A stretch of 64,000 bases of DNA from Botryllus schlosseri (taxonomy: Eukaryota), in contig CM119386.1 of assembly GCA_051294905.1 (NCBI GenBank), positions 8,494,001 to 8,558,000 on the forward strand, in the 5' to 3' direction. A model generated the notes under the pieces. It saw only the letters and a list, made by a program, of their open reading frames with translations. It made no database searches and was not told where the DNA came from. Below, piece by piece: positions 36,138-48,500 of this stretch; position 1 is the stretch's first letter, and every line of letters begins with the position of its first letter. A program made the position numbers and the translations under genes.

Positions 36138-36911
36138 TCAATTATCCTCTTGCTGCTGCTGCTGCTGCTCGCTGTCATCATCCTCCTGACCTTCTTCGTC
36201 AGAGCTCCACAGCGTTAAATTGTCACGGAGCAGCTGCATGATCAGAGTGGAGTCTTTGTACGAGTCTTCGCCCAAATCATCCAGTTTCGCCAAAGCGTCG
36301 TCAAACGCTTTCTTGGCGAGAGCGCGGGCTTCCTTTGGTTCCTTCATGATTTCATACTTGAACACGGAGAAGTTCAGCGCGAGGCCGAGCAGAATTGGGT
36401 GCGTTTCCGGGAGGCCTTTGGCGCTCTCTTGGGCGCTTTCGTAGTGCTTACAACTTTTGGCCTTAACAGTCTCCTTTTCGTCACCGTTTTTGAATTCGGC
36501 TTGGTATCGGTAATAATCTGCCAGCATTTTGTGATAGAACACGGCGGGTTCTTTATCCGTCTCTGGATCCAATTTCGCGATGAGATGGTCCTTGAGTAGC
36601 GTCTCGATTTCGCCGCAATACTGGTCCAATTCGCCTTCTATTTCTTTACGCAGGTCTTCCACCATACGGAGTTTGTTTTCATTGGCGGCTTGCTCTTGAT
36701 ATTTTGCGCCGATGCTGCTAACCGTCCTCCAAGCCGCACGCCTGGCTCCAACCATGTTCTTGTACGCGACTGACAGGAGATTCCTTTCTTCTACGGAGAG
36801 CGTGCTTGGTTCCATCTTCACAACCTCTTTCATGAAGTTGGCCATGTCTTTGTATCTCTCGGCCTGTTCTGCCAGTTTCGCCATGTAGACTTTTGACTCC
36901 CGATCGTCCAT
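36138..36911 (-). CDS. 14-3-3: 14-3-3 protein, divergent, 257 aa, single coding exon, poly-Gln C-terminal tail
   Basis: Signatures KLAEQAERY, EERNLLSVAYKN, DYYRY, LGLALNFSVF, SYKDSTLIMQLLRDNLTLW. A pyrimidine tract and AG (ctttgctctgtaaag) lie directly before the ATG, suggesting a 5'UTR intron or trans-splice acceptor. Confidence 0.96.
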   Translation of the reverse strand: MDDRESKVYMAKLAEQAERYKDMANFMKEVVKMEPSTLSVEERNLLSVAYKNMVGARRAAWRTVSSIGAKYQEQAANENKLRMVEDLRKEIEGELDQYCGEIETLLKDHLIAKLDPETDKEPAVFYHKMLADYYRYQAEFKNGDEKETVKAKSCKHYESAQESAKGLPETHPILLGLALNFSVFKYEIMKEPKEARALAKKAFDDALAKLDDLGEDSYKDSTLIMQLLRDNLTLWSSDEEGQEDDDSEQQQQQQEDN

Positions 36912-37157
36912 CTTTACAGAGCAAAGTGCTTGGAAAAAATTCTATGTGTACTAAAATATAATGTAATACGATATGAAGAACCTGAAGATAAAACTCTTGC
37001 ATCAAATGCGGCTCAAAGTGTGACCAACTTGGGTTTTTCTCGCTTTCAGTACCAATAGGCTAACATTACAAGACTCCGCAAGTAAATTTGCAGCTGCTCA
37101 TTCGACTGTTGATCAGGCCAAGGCTATTCAAAATCAGAATACACAGGATAGGCAGAC

Positions 37158-37169
37158 AGTGACGTCACT
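37158..37169. promoter_or_regulatory. Candidate CRE (TGACGTCA) in a 12-bp palindrome about 250 bp upstream of the 14-3-3 ATG
   Basis: agtgacgtcact read directly. Function is inferred from position only. Confidence 0.35.
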
Positions 37170-37698
37170 AAGAATATAGATTAGAAGTAATTTAAGCAAA
37201 ATTCGAAGGTTTTATGGGTTCTCAAATTTCTGTATGCTTGGAGTAGACATTTTACGAGTTTTATGCATGGTTTAAATTGATTAATCGCATTATATCCAGA
37301 ATCTAGACGAAGAGTTTGAGCACAAACCAATAAGAGGAATACATATTACTTGGATACAACTTGCTAATATATTAGTCTCAACACGTTTTGTGTTCAGCTC
37401 TTCAGATTTTGCGATTTAATCATAAATCCATGCTAACTGGGAAAATTCTGCAAAGACAATACTACGCATGCCTCAGTTTTACATTAGTTTCCTGACTTTC
37501 CTCAATAACTTGTAGGTATTGTAAGAAATTTCGAGGGTTAAACTGTATTACTGTGAATAGTGATTAAAAATTATTTCCTACACTTATCGCACTTTATAAT
37601 TCGGTAGTCGAAAAGTTAGTGTGCGGGTTCTATGAGAATTTTCGATACATAGGCTTCAAGCATAACACAATTAGTACGATTGATAATATAGAAAAGTG

Positions 37699-38127
37699 GG
37701 GTCTAGTCTACTTTCTTATCCATAACAACATGACCTAATATCCCCTCTCCCCCAACCCTAATATCCCCCCTTTTGATGTTTATAAATTTTTGTTCGTGTT
37801 CATGGGAAACATTTGTTGGTGTCATGGGGGAGACACTGGCTTGTCGTAATCGTATAATAAAGAAGCGCCAACAATCCTAACTAACCCAAACCCTAATTTA
37901 AAGATACGCTAACCCTAATTTTACTAACTATTCCCTAACCTAATCCTAAAACCCAACCCTAATTTTGTGCAATCCCAACTTAACCTTTACCCAACCTTAA
38001 TTTTATGATACCTCAACCTAATCCCTATTCCTAAACCAATTATAAACGCCATAAATTTTGGTATGTTTATGGGGAACCCTGATTCGTGATGCTGATATCT
38101 TTGTGGATAAGAAAGTAGACTAGACCC
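37699..38127. mobile_element. MITE with 24-bp TIRs and internal degenerate (CCCTAA)-like repeats
   Basis: TIR gggtctagtctactttcttatcca / tggataagaaagtagactagaccc; flanks gaaaagtg / gagaagta (6/8); interior 37875-38035 rich in aaccctaa and cctaacc. Confidence 0.8.
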
Positions 38128-38487
38128 GAGAAGTAATTCGAAGGGTTTCGACTTTTATAGAGTGTTACTAGTGTTGAGTAAACCTCGGCTACAATATCGC
38201 AGACGGCTGGAGTTAGCATTGGCGGAACGACACATCATGATGTAGACTTGTGGATGACATGGACATGACTTCTGTTTATCATTGATGTAAAGCAAAATGG
38301 GTCTGGTGTCAAGGACTGGTACTTGAGGGAGGAAGTAGATTCATGCGGCGATTCTTTAGTCCTTAATGGGTTGAACAACGGTTTCAAGAATACACATTAA
38401 AACTTGTTTCATCAACGCAACAACAGCAATAGACGTTTGTTGTGACCAATAAAACCTGTTCCTCTTACTTGGTCCAATCCTAACAAC

Positions 38488-38686
38488 AGTGATCACTTGT
38501 CAGTTAAAGTTCTAGCACAGAGGCGGGTCTTAATACCATTAATCCTTATTTAGGTGGATAACTACACGTGTAATGTATTGATTCAGGAATCCAGCTTGCC
38601 AAGTACCTGATTTTTCCCATATCCGGCCCGCCGACTGGAATTGTTGCCCTCCTCTGTGCTAGAACTTTAACTGACAAGTGATCACT
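38488..38686. mobile_element. Small inverted-repeat element (MITE-like)
   Basis: About 36-bp arms agtgatcacttgtcagttaaagttctagcacagagg and its reverse complement. Confidence 0.75.
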
Positions 38687-40484
38687 AAATTTAGTGAAAA
38701 CTGCAAGTTCAAAGCACAGAGACCGAAACAGTATTCGATGAATTTAATAATGTAATGTAATGTACGGTACTTTAATAGCTGTTCAGGTAAACGAGACACC
38801 TGTGGACCTGTGGTCGATCAAACTCATGAACAAGTTCTTTGAACTCTATCTGCATGTCGGACACAAAGAAAACAAAGAACTAAAGAATATAACCTGCAGT
38901 CACTATATTGACGTAGTAAACAAGTACCGTGGTGGAGAATTGTAACAGGATGTGACCACGGGCCATATTATCATATAAGACCGGAAACTGCCAGCAGGCA
39001 GGTTAAAATCGAATGTGGCCCTACCTGTTCCTGTTCTATATAGCGTCATGTATAATCACCAGAGTGGAATCAGCGGCAACGGCACGCGCAACGTCACGCA
39101 AACATTTGCATCTGATCACGCCAATTATTGAATTATGCTGACGTCACAAAGCGATACCGGAGTTCAGATCCAGAATAAGGCGCTTGCGCTTTACAATCAA
39201 CGCAAGCAAGCGTGGCATTTGCGCAACGGCTTAACCCTAGTCCGGCGTATACCAGGTCTATTTTAACACATTGTGTCGCTTAAAAAGTTATTCAGTACCG
39301 AATCAGAGCGAAAAATATTTCCGTCACGCGGATGAAATTTTCCAATCACGCGAGAAAATCGTCTGTCACGCACAACATGTTGTCGAAAACAACCACCGAT
39401 TCCAGTCTGGAATAAACACAATACAAGGCAATTTGAACATGGAAGCCAAGGTAAATCCTTCATTACAGCAAATCAACTATCAACTGTTATAAGATTTGTG
39501 TAGAACAGTATGAATACAGTCAAGGAGTCGGATGAGCAATTGGCTACACTTACGTCATTATATATGTACTGTCTGACAATTAGTAGGATCAAGCTGTATA
39601 CAACGCATGAGTAACGTACGGGGACCGCGAATAGTCAGAATAGACACCTATAGATTACAGCACCTCTCCTATAAAATCTTAGCATAATTACCACCAGAGC
39701 AGGTAAGACTTTCAACATACAATTGAGCACGACTCACTCCCTGGCTAACATCGACGCGTAGGCGGCGGCCCAGAAAATTCCAGTCCAGTGACGAAGCCAG
39801 ACAACGGGCGGACAACGGCCATGCACTCTCTGAACTCTGAACCGCCCTTTTTATCTCAAGTTTGATGATGTAATGTCGCCTCCTTCCGCATGGCATATTA
39901 AATCCGTTATTCCTCTGAGTGGCGCAAATGCGCCACTATTTTCTCATGATGAGGCAATCTCGTCTGTTCAATGGGGCTACTCGAACTTTGTAACTATACG
40001 CGACTGCATTTTAGAAATAAAATTTCTACTTGACCTCTAATGGACAAGAATAGTCATTATGCTTGTGACTAATATATGGTCAATAACTGTCCTTTAAAAT
40101 TAAAAGTCGCAGTTCGATCGGTCTCTTTTCGTGGTGGGAATGTATTCAGTGAAACGAATACCTATCATAATAGATATACGAAAAGAATGTGACTTGGAAA
40201 ATACATACAGGCCGTCTAGTGCGGTGGATTCACTTCATAATTTCGACAAAAGTCTTTAACCATCAACTTGATGAAAGTCACTAATTAGGAAACCTTCAGT
40301 CTAGGACACCGTTCGATGTGGTGTCGACTGTGGAGGCACGCAAATTGAAGCCGAAGATCTAACTAATAGGAAAACACGAAATGCAGAAATTAGGTCACCT
40401 GATCACCGACATCTTAATCCTACTGCACGTTCAATGCAGTTCTTATAGCAGATCGAACCAAGAGCACTGTTCAGTTCAGTGTTA

Positions 40485-40592
40485 TTAATTTTATCAGTTC
40501 AATACTACAAGATTGCGATACAATGAACTGATGGGAAGGAGTCGAAACGACTCGGTGTGGTCTTTTGAAATCAGACACCCACCTGGGCCTAG
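40485..40592 (-). mobile_element. L2/CR1-like 3' end (family A), short
   Basis: ttttatcagttcaatactacaagattgcgatacaatg...atcagacacccacctgggcctag. Confidence 0.7.
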
Positions 40593-40827
40593 CTGAGGTA
40601 ACAACCAAGCCAGTGCCTTCCACTCCGATTGACCTCCCAGCTCCCTATCAAAGGCATGGATGGTGTTGTGGTATCAAGGCACTATGGGTCCATGCTATGT
40701 ATAGACCTAGCTATAGCTGAGGGTGTCAGCTACCAGCGCTTTATAAATTTTCTAAAATATTATCCCTCATGATACAGTCTCATGTCAATCGTTAATCATA
40801 TAACGTTGTAAATTGCTATGGTTATAT

Positions 40828-42312
40828 TATGGAATGTGATTATGGAACGGAAACTCCCGTTTTCCCATTGTTAAGTCACGCTTGACTGAATCTAGCGGCT
40901 TTGGTCAATCGCAGCGCAACAATCGAACAATTTGCCTTAGGTTAAATGGCTGATCACACTTTAGATACTCGACTTTGATAACGAAATTACTAGACTAATC
41001 AGTCAGTGGTAATCTTGAAACTTGCTACAGTGTTAGACGACATCATCAGGATATACAATTCGGAAGCTAGTCGTTCATTTGGCTATGCAACACAATCAAA
41101 ATCCATATAGACCGATAGCGGCTTTTGCGAAAAATCCGTTACGCGCTAGGCTGCGCGCACCTATATACTCGACTTCGATAACGAAATTACCACCCTAATC
41201 AGTTAGTGATAATCTTCAAATTTGCTACAGTGTTAGATGACATCATCAATATATACAATTCGAAAGCTAGTCGCTCATCTGGGTATGCAACACGATTAAA
41301 ATCCACATCAATACCAATACCGGCTTTTGCGAAAAATACGTAACGCGCTAGGCTGCGCTCACCTATATACTCGCGTAAAATCTACTACCGGTATGCGATA
41401 GCGCACTTTGCGCAAACCTATGCAATATACAAATACACGCAACTTCGAATGGGCATTTCGGCTTCGGCCATTATTTATCACCCTATTGGGGCCCAGGACC
41501 AACGTTTTGGCGGGCCTGGCGAAGTGCTGTTACGGTCCTGCATCCAGCCTATAGGCCTACCTGCGGAACAGATTTTACGCAAAAACCTGTATTGCTCTAT
41601 AGATTTTGAAGGTGTTTCCATAGCGGGAGTGATGACGAGATTTCGTATCTATTATTCGGATTATGCGTTCTAACTCTGTGCGACATTTAAAGGCTCTTCC
41701 TGCACAGTTGGATCAGTAATTTCGTTACCGAAGTCGAGTATATATTGTATAGGTGCGCATTGCGCAATGCCCACACCCGCACACTCGCACAGCCTAGCCA
41801 ATATCGGATTTTTCGCAAAAGCCGGTATCGGTCTATGTTGATTTTGAATGTGTTGAATACGAAGATGAGCGACTAGCTTTCGAAGTATATATCTTGATGT
41901 CATCTAACACTACAGCAAGTTTCAAGATTTCTACTAACTGATTAGGGTGGTAATTTGTAATCGTAGTCGAGTATATAGGTGCGCGCAGCCTAGCGCGTAG
42001 CGGAGTTTTCACAAAAGCCGCTATCGGTCTATGTGGATTTTCATTGTGTTGCATACTTAGATGAGCGACTAGCTTCCGCATTGTATATCTTGATAATGTC
42101 ATCTAACACTGTAGCAAGTTTCAAGATTACCACTAACTGATTAGTCTAGTAATTTCGTTATCAAAGTCGAGTATCTGTAAGTGTGATATGCCATTTAACC
42201 TAAGGCAAATTGTTCGATTGTTGCGCTGCGATTGACCAAAGCCGCTAGATTCAGTCAAGCGTGACCTAACAATGGGAAAACGGGAGTTTCCGTTCCATAG
42301 TCACATTCTATA
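40828..42312. mobile_element. Foldback element, 1485 bp, ~540-bp inverted arms each built from two ~200-bp tandem units
   Basis: 40828-41372 is the reverse complement of about 41735-42312; termini tatggaatgtga / tcacattctata; gttatat duplicated on both flanks (7-8 bp TSD). Confidence 0.88.
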
Positions 42313-42596
42313 GTTATATTGTCTTCTAATACGTGTTTACTGTTCACTGCTCATTTAGGCTGAAGTTGAAGGAAGCAAACGGAAAGTAAATGGGATAATT
42401 TTCTATGTAATCGCACTCGATTCGATTGCTGCAGTAATTACCCTATGTCTGCTCTGCTGCAATAAGTAGCCTAGCTTAGCTGATCAATATCTACGAGAAT
42501 GGAGACAGTAGTACACGCGCGGATAAAGTCGCTTGCAGCAAGGACGTTCGGTCAACAACGGAGGATAGGCTAATACGGCGAACATTCACCTGTTAG

Positions 42597-42895
42597 TAGG
42601 GTTACCATACGTCCCCTTTTTTGAAAGTGTCCTCGGAGGATGCCTGAATGTTCTATTTTTTGAGAATTTTGGTTGAATGCATGTGGAAGTTGGACTGATA
42701 TAGGAAATCAGCGGCTAAGTAACGTTCGGACGGGTATTTCGGGACTTGAGCCAGAAAAAATGACTTTTAATATTAGTCAACCGACCACATAGTCGGGGAA
42801 AATTTACCATTTTTTCGGGATTTTACTCCAGTATTGTAAGTCTGAACATTTTGGAAAAGGGTCCTCTTTTCAATTCCCAAAATATGGTATCCCTA
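42597..42895. mobile_element. hAT MITE, TAGGGTTACC family
   Basis: TIR tagggttaccatac / atatggtatcccta; TSD cctgttag / cctggcag (6/8). Confidence 0.8.
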
Positions 42896-44418
42896 CCTGG
42901 CAGTCTATGGTGACAATACGAAATATAATACTATTAGCAAATCATTCAATAATGACATTTGTCCAATGTTCACTGATATGTAACCAATGAATACCAAAAT
43001 TCGAACGATTTTATATTCAAAATTACACTTGTCAATTTCCTGCCCAAATCGGGTAAAATAAGTAGTGCGATAGCACCCACATATACGTTGATACCTTTAT
43101 TGGATTATAAGAAATTTAATGTCTGTGTTGCTGATGGAAAGTAAAACCGAGGCGAAAAACACGGAGCAGGAAGATAGTAATTTGCCGCATCGAATACGAG
43201 CACGTAGTATACCAAAGCGGATTTGTAGCTGCGAGATGGTGAACCGATGACAAAATTGGTACTAATTGACAGCCAGCTTGCTGCTGCAGCGATTCCAGAG
43301 AAACATTACTATTCTATTATTCCTTGTACTGGAAATCCACCAAAATTGCCATATACTGAAAAAAACCTCACGGACGATAGCAGCGATGCGAAGGAATAGC
43401 CTACTCACTTCCTACATAACAGGTTTAGGGCTGCAACGTCTAAATACCTCGTAGCACCCTTGAGCACGGCATCCCAAAAACTACGTAATGCAATTTTGCT
43501 AGCGTATACGAGAACCTACTCTCCTATAGGAAAAAACATGTCGAGAGGAAACGGTTTTTGTGATGTCATTACAACTTTGACATTATCAATGGCATAGTAG
43601 AGAGCTACCCGAAGAAAAGGCACAACTTATCGATGACGGTCTAGGAATCGATTCAGAGCGTATGTCCACAATTTATTGATCGATTTTATCAACGGCTGAG
43701 CGAAGTGTAGAATAACGCAACGCAGTTTCAGAAGCCATGCGGTAATTAACTATTATAAACGATAATCATTGTGGCGGATGGGTGGGTATGGGTATACAAA
43801 AACAGTGAGGTACGCGAATAGCGATGGTCGTACAGTTTCTCTCCTAACCATGGCCTGATCCATTTATCGTTTGTAATTTATCCCCATCAGTGTTTCATAT
43901 ATATTGTATATTCGATTCATCCATGCACATTTGCACAATTCAATTGTACATAGATTTCTTACCCAAATTGGTGCATGGAGTCGAAGTGTATATGTCAATC
44001 ACAAATAGTAATCCAATTTCCCACTATTGCAACGAAATGAGGAATAAATCTCAGAAAAAAATACTAAAACACGAGCAATCTGACATCAGAGTATAGGCCT
44101 AATACAATAAAAGTTGCTTTACTATATCATTTGGAATAACGCAACTATAAAAGTTTAAAAAAATATTACTTGATAAATATAAAAAGAACGCGTGAAAATT
44201 TGGTAATACATGATGTAATTTTACGCAATAACAATCTACAGTCCATTTCCTGACTTGTCTGCCGGGTAGGTGAATACATGTTCTCAAATACACCGATATC
44301 GACAGGGATAGTTCCAACAATCAAGTTTGTTACAAATATTCGGTGATAACATTTTACTACCAATACTCCACTCCACTGTAATAAAATAACACTTAATCTC
44401 AGTATCCCTACGGAAAGG

Positions 44419-44697
44419 ACGTTATATATTTTTGTCCTTGAGGGTTTTGCGGCATATTCACCGACTCATGATATACAATATACACGCGATCCGTGTATAC
44501 GCAAACCATGAGTGCACGATGCGCACATGCCGCTGGGCAATGAAGGTGCAGATACAGCCTTGTACGGCTTTCTAAGTCTTTGCACCACCCCTCCATGATA
44601 CCCCAGTAATACTTGAGCGCCAAGCAGGGAAGCCATGGATACCAGTCTTACTAATCAGGTCTTTGGTCTGACCAGGCCAGGGATCGAACCCACGACA
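44419..44697 (-). mobile_element. tRNA-derived SINE (family B)
   Basis: Reverse complement of 52676-52986, from B box (gggttcgatccc) to tail. Confidence 0.88.
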
Positions 44698-45100
44698 TTA
44701 CGCTATCTTGTCGGTCCCTATACTATGAAAGTGAGTAATACTGATCAAAAAGTGTTGACTACAAAGACGATATTAATTCATTAAAAGCTAAATGCAGCGA
44801 CTGCCTACAATGAATTTAGCCAGTATCATTGTAGGGTTGATCTATTGACGTCATTGTCAACATGTAACGTTGTCAACATATCAAGTCGGTCGATGGCACA
44901 CTTGCGGCATATTATGAAAACGCGCGAACCAGTCAAACAATTCCTCTGATAGCGGCTTGCGTTATCTTATCAGCAAAATCGACTTGCATGGCTATTCTCC
45001 TACCTGGCGTTAAATGGGTCAGTCTCGATGTCGGAGTATAGTCTTAAAACTGTACCGCATTTGTCACAGATCCGACTGGCATTCTTAACGGTGTCTTAGG

Positions 45101-45454
45101 TAGGCTTACCATACGTCCTCTTTTAAGAGGATTTGTCCTCTTTTTTGACTTTTTTGAAAGTGTCCTCGGAGGACGCCCTTTTGTCCTCTTTTTTGAAATT
45201 TAGGTCAGATTTAGAGCAAAATGCGAGTGATATGCCGCAAATTAGCACAGAAGTGACGCTTCGGCGGATATTTCGTAGTGAAAAACGGTGAAAGTAGCTC
45301 TGAGCTAAAAGATGACCTTTTTTTTTTTTTTTTAGTCAACCGATCACAAAGTGGGACAGATTAACCGGTTTTTGAGAATTTCACTCCGGTTTTGCAAGTT
45401 GCAAATTTCTGAAAAAGTGTCCTCTTTTTTGATTTCCAAAATATGGTAAGCCTA
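45101..45454. mobile_element. hAT MITE, TAGGGTTACC family (TAGGCTTACC variant)
   Basis: TIR taggcttaccata / tatggtaagccta; perfect TSD gtcttagg. Confidence 0.92.
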
Positions 45455-45593
45455 GTCTTAGGCTATTGACAACGCCCGTGTAGCTACTTTCTTAAGGTCA
45501 TTTTTCGCTTTCTACCACTATTTCCAGTAGTTTGGATTTCGTCAGTAACCCCTCCTTCTGCTCGAAGTCCAGCAAAATTTCCCGGGTTCCGAT

Positions 45594-48500
45594 TCAAACG
45601 GGATCTCCACCGCCAGGAATCAAGGCCAAGTGTTTCGTTATATGAGAAAGCCGGCCGTCATTGGACAGCGGCGACAAGGAATGATTCGGGGTAATCGCGT
45701 AACCGCCTGCAGTCGGAATAGGAGACCGCGGGCTAGCTGTGGACGACGTAGTCAGCCTTAACCTCGGAGATTTGAAAGACTGCTTCGAAAACTTCGAACT
45801 AGACCTTGCGTTGCTAGACGCAGAGTCTTCGCTAGGCGATAAAGGCGACAACACCGTGTGAGGCACTGAGGTAGAGGTAGCTTTCGGTAAACAGCGCGAA
45901 TAACCGATATCGTCGGACATCAACGGGTTGTACCCGCTGTGATAATTCAAAGCGGCTAAAATAGAGCCTGTTTTCAGGCTCAGTACAGACGTGGCGATGT
46001 CTTCTCGGGTGGGATGCGAGGCTGTAATTTTCCTCAACCTGCTCTGCCCGCGTAAATCGGGCTGATTGGCAGGTCGCGTCGCGATTGCTTGGGTATTGTG
46101 CGAGTGTGTATTGCTTACGGCCCTGTAATAGAATCGGAAGGTTTGGAATGCAAAAATTGCGAGAGTGTGTCTGTGGTTAACCTTGGTTCCGGTATTTTCG
46201 TCTTTTTGCTGTGATCTTGTAATGATTCGAGTCGGTACGCCGATTGTCCTGAAATAAACAATAATCTTTGCATTTCTAGTGTTATAAAGTTAGGATACGA
46301 TCTTTCTGACAGTCGAAAAGACGTGATGGTTAAGTAAGGCGTAGTAACTTAGGCTACGATTGATACAAAATCATTTGTAAGGCGATGTTATATCTGCATC
46401 TCAGTTCAGTTTATCAATAATTTGATGCTTTCAATACACCAAAAGAATGCGATAAAAAGAAAAGATAGGAAGGACGTGCAGGAGTCCTTCTATCAGACAC
46501 TCACCTTGGTGTATGGGAGACATTATCAATTTACGCATTGCTTTAATAATTTGGTACTGGGCGATGGCCTTTCAGAAGCAAAAATGGATTCTAAACGCCT
46601 CTAATTCGAGTAGTTTCGCAGACCCTGGCTGACTAGCCTACTGGTAATTGAATTTGACACCACTACGTGTACTACTATTTCACCAGCGTAAGTGGCAATT
46701 TCAACCACCGCAATCGGAACGCATAATCAAGTATATATTAACAGCATTATATTGAGATCTAGAAGTATTATGGGCTACAGGGATAGTAAAATACCTGATT
46801 TGAGATGCCCCGACAAATTTGCATGCTGCGTTCTCCGGTGGGCAGAGATGAACCTGTACTTGCCGAGTTCGTTTTCGCCCGCGAACAGTTGCCCGTTTTC
46901 GAGATTTGAGACGGCAGACGATTCCAGCCGGATCGACTTTGTCGGCCTGGAAAAATCCGTATGGTTAAGCGTCTTAATTATTACACAGTCACCTTTTCTT
47001 GTTCTTATGCGACACTTGGACGACTAAGAACAATAATTTTGCGACACCATCGTTCCGGGAATGCAAAAATTAACAATGACCAATTCAATTGAATAGTATA
47101 TTCATATTGAAATGGACCTGAATATTTTCGGCTGGCACTCCTCAGGGGTAAAATATACCGTCATCAGAATGAAATTTCGAACAAGAGAGCGTTCAATGTA
47201 CTATTTTTAGATGGTGCACGAACTCCTTTTGTTGACACAGCCTTGGTTGGTTGCTGGCGATTACCCATGAAGAGTGTCAGCCGAAAAGATTCGGGTTCAT
47301 TCCAATATGAATATACTACTCAATTGTATATTGAAGTTCTGTACCCCCAAGAAGCTCTTAAAATGTCCCATTCAAAAATATAGAATATCATTGTAGTAGG
47401 TCAGTAACGAAGTAGTACTATATTTTCTGAATACCAAAGCAGGTTTTTCAAACTTGCACTACTCACTCAAGTGGTCATGTTATGTGACTACTTCCACTTC
47501 AACTTGCACTCAGGCAAAACTAATTACATTTTAGACTTTAGTAAAGTAGTTTTGAGATAAGTTTTCATAACGTTTACGAGTGAAATTGTCATAACGACTG
47601 GGTGAAATAGCATCTAACACACTATCACAGTAACGGAATATGTTTCCAAAGACTGCACGTATTTGCAGGGCTGGGCAAATCGAGTACTTTATTGATCCGA
47701 TTCTGAATCACGTGATATGCTTCGAGTCGAGGATTCGAGAACCACTCATCATGATGTGATACCAGTATGCAAGGTGTCAAAGTTCGAATATGTACCTTTC
47801 ATGAGCCCACAAGAATATAAAACCTGATCTCCATCACCCTGAAAATTCTTTGCTATTTTTTCGTCCATACCGATTTCATTGCACTTTGTGACAATGTTGT
47901 GGGATGGTAATGGCTTCAGAAATATGTAATTTCCAGTCACCTTCGTAGCTTCGTACTGCATGCTTCGTATGCTGTGTCACGGACAATCAAGGTTTCAAGG
48001 CTCCAACAGAGGAAATTAGTATCGAAACTATAATTCTTGTTAATAAATTACCTTTCAGTGGCGAGGAGCGTAGAATTTCAGTACTCGTTTACTACAGACT
48101 CGAATTATTAAAATTAATACTCGATTCAGATTCGAGTACTCGAACCATTGTGCACATCCCTACCTATTTGCAGTTTGATCAGTTCTTTTGCATCAGTCGC
48201 GAAGACGTCTCTTCTATCTTCGAATGCAGCCACGTCCGATCAATTGCTAAAATTATGCGCTGCTCGACAAAATCTACTTTTTGAAATTACTTACTCGACC
48301 ACTATTCATACCATGTTCTGCTTTCACTTGAAGTAGTTTTGAGATATCTTGGAAATCACTATTTCTACTTGTGACTGAGAAGCAATTTATAGCATGACTT
48401 GTACTTCACACTTCGGGAAATATGCCGAACTAATATCAGGCTGCATGACCACTTGACTAATTGATCAATTAACATTGTAAACTTGTATTGATTTAGGGCT

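Noticed and set aside
43229-43400. Coding-looking stretch LRDGEPMTKLVLIDSQL...DAKE* as an exon joined to 39438
   Set aside because: Weak polypyrimidine tract, only a ~60-aa product, no recognisable domain; may be a decayed mobile element.
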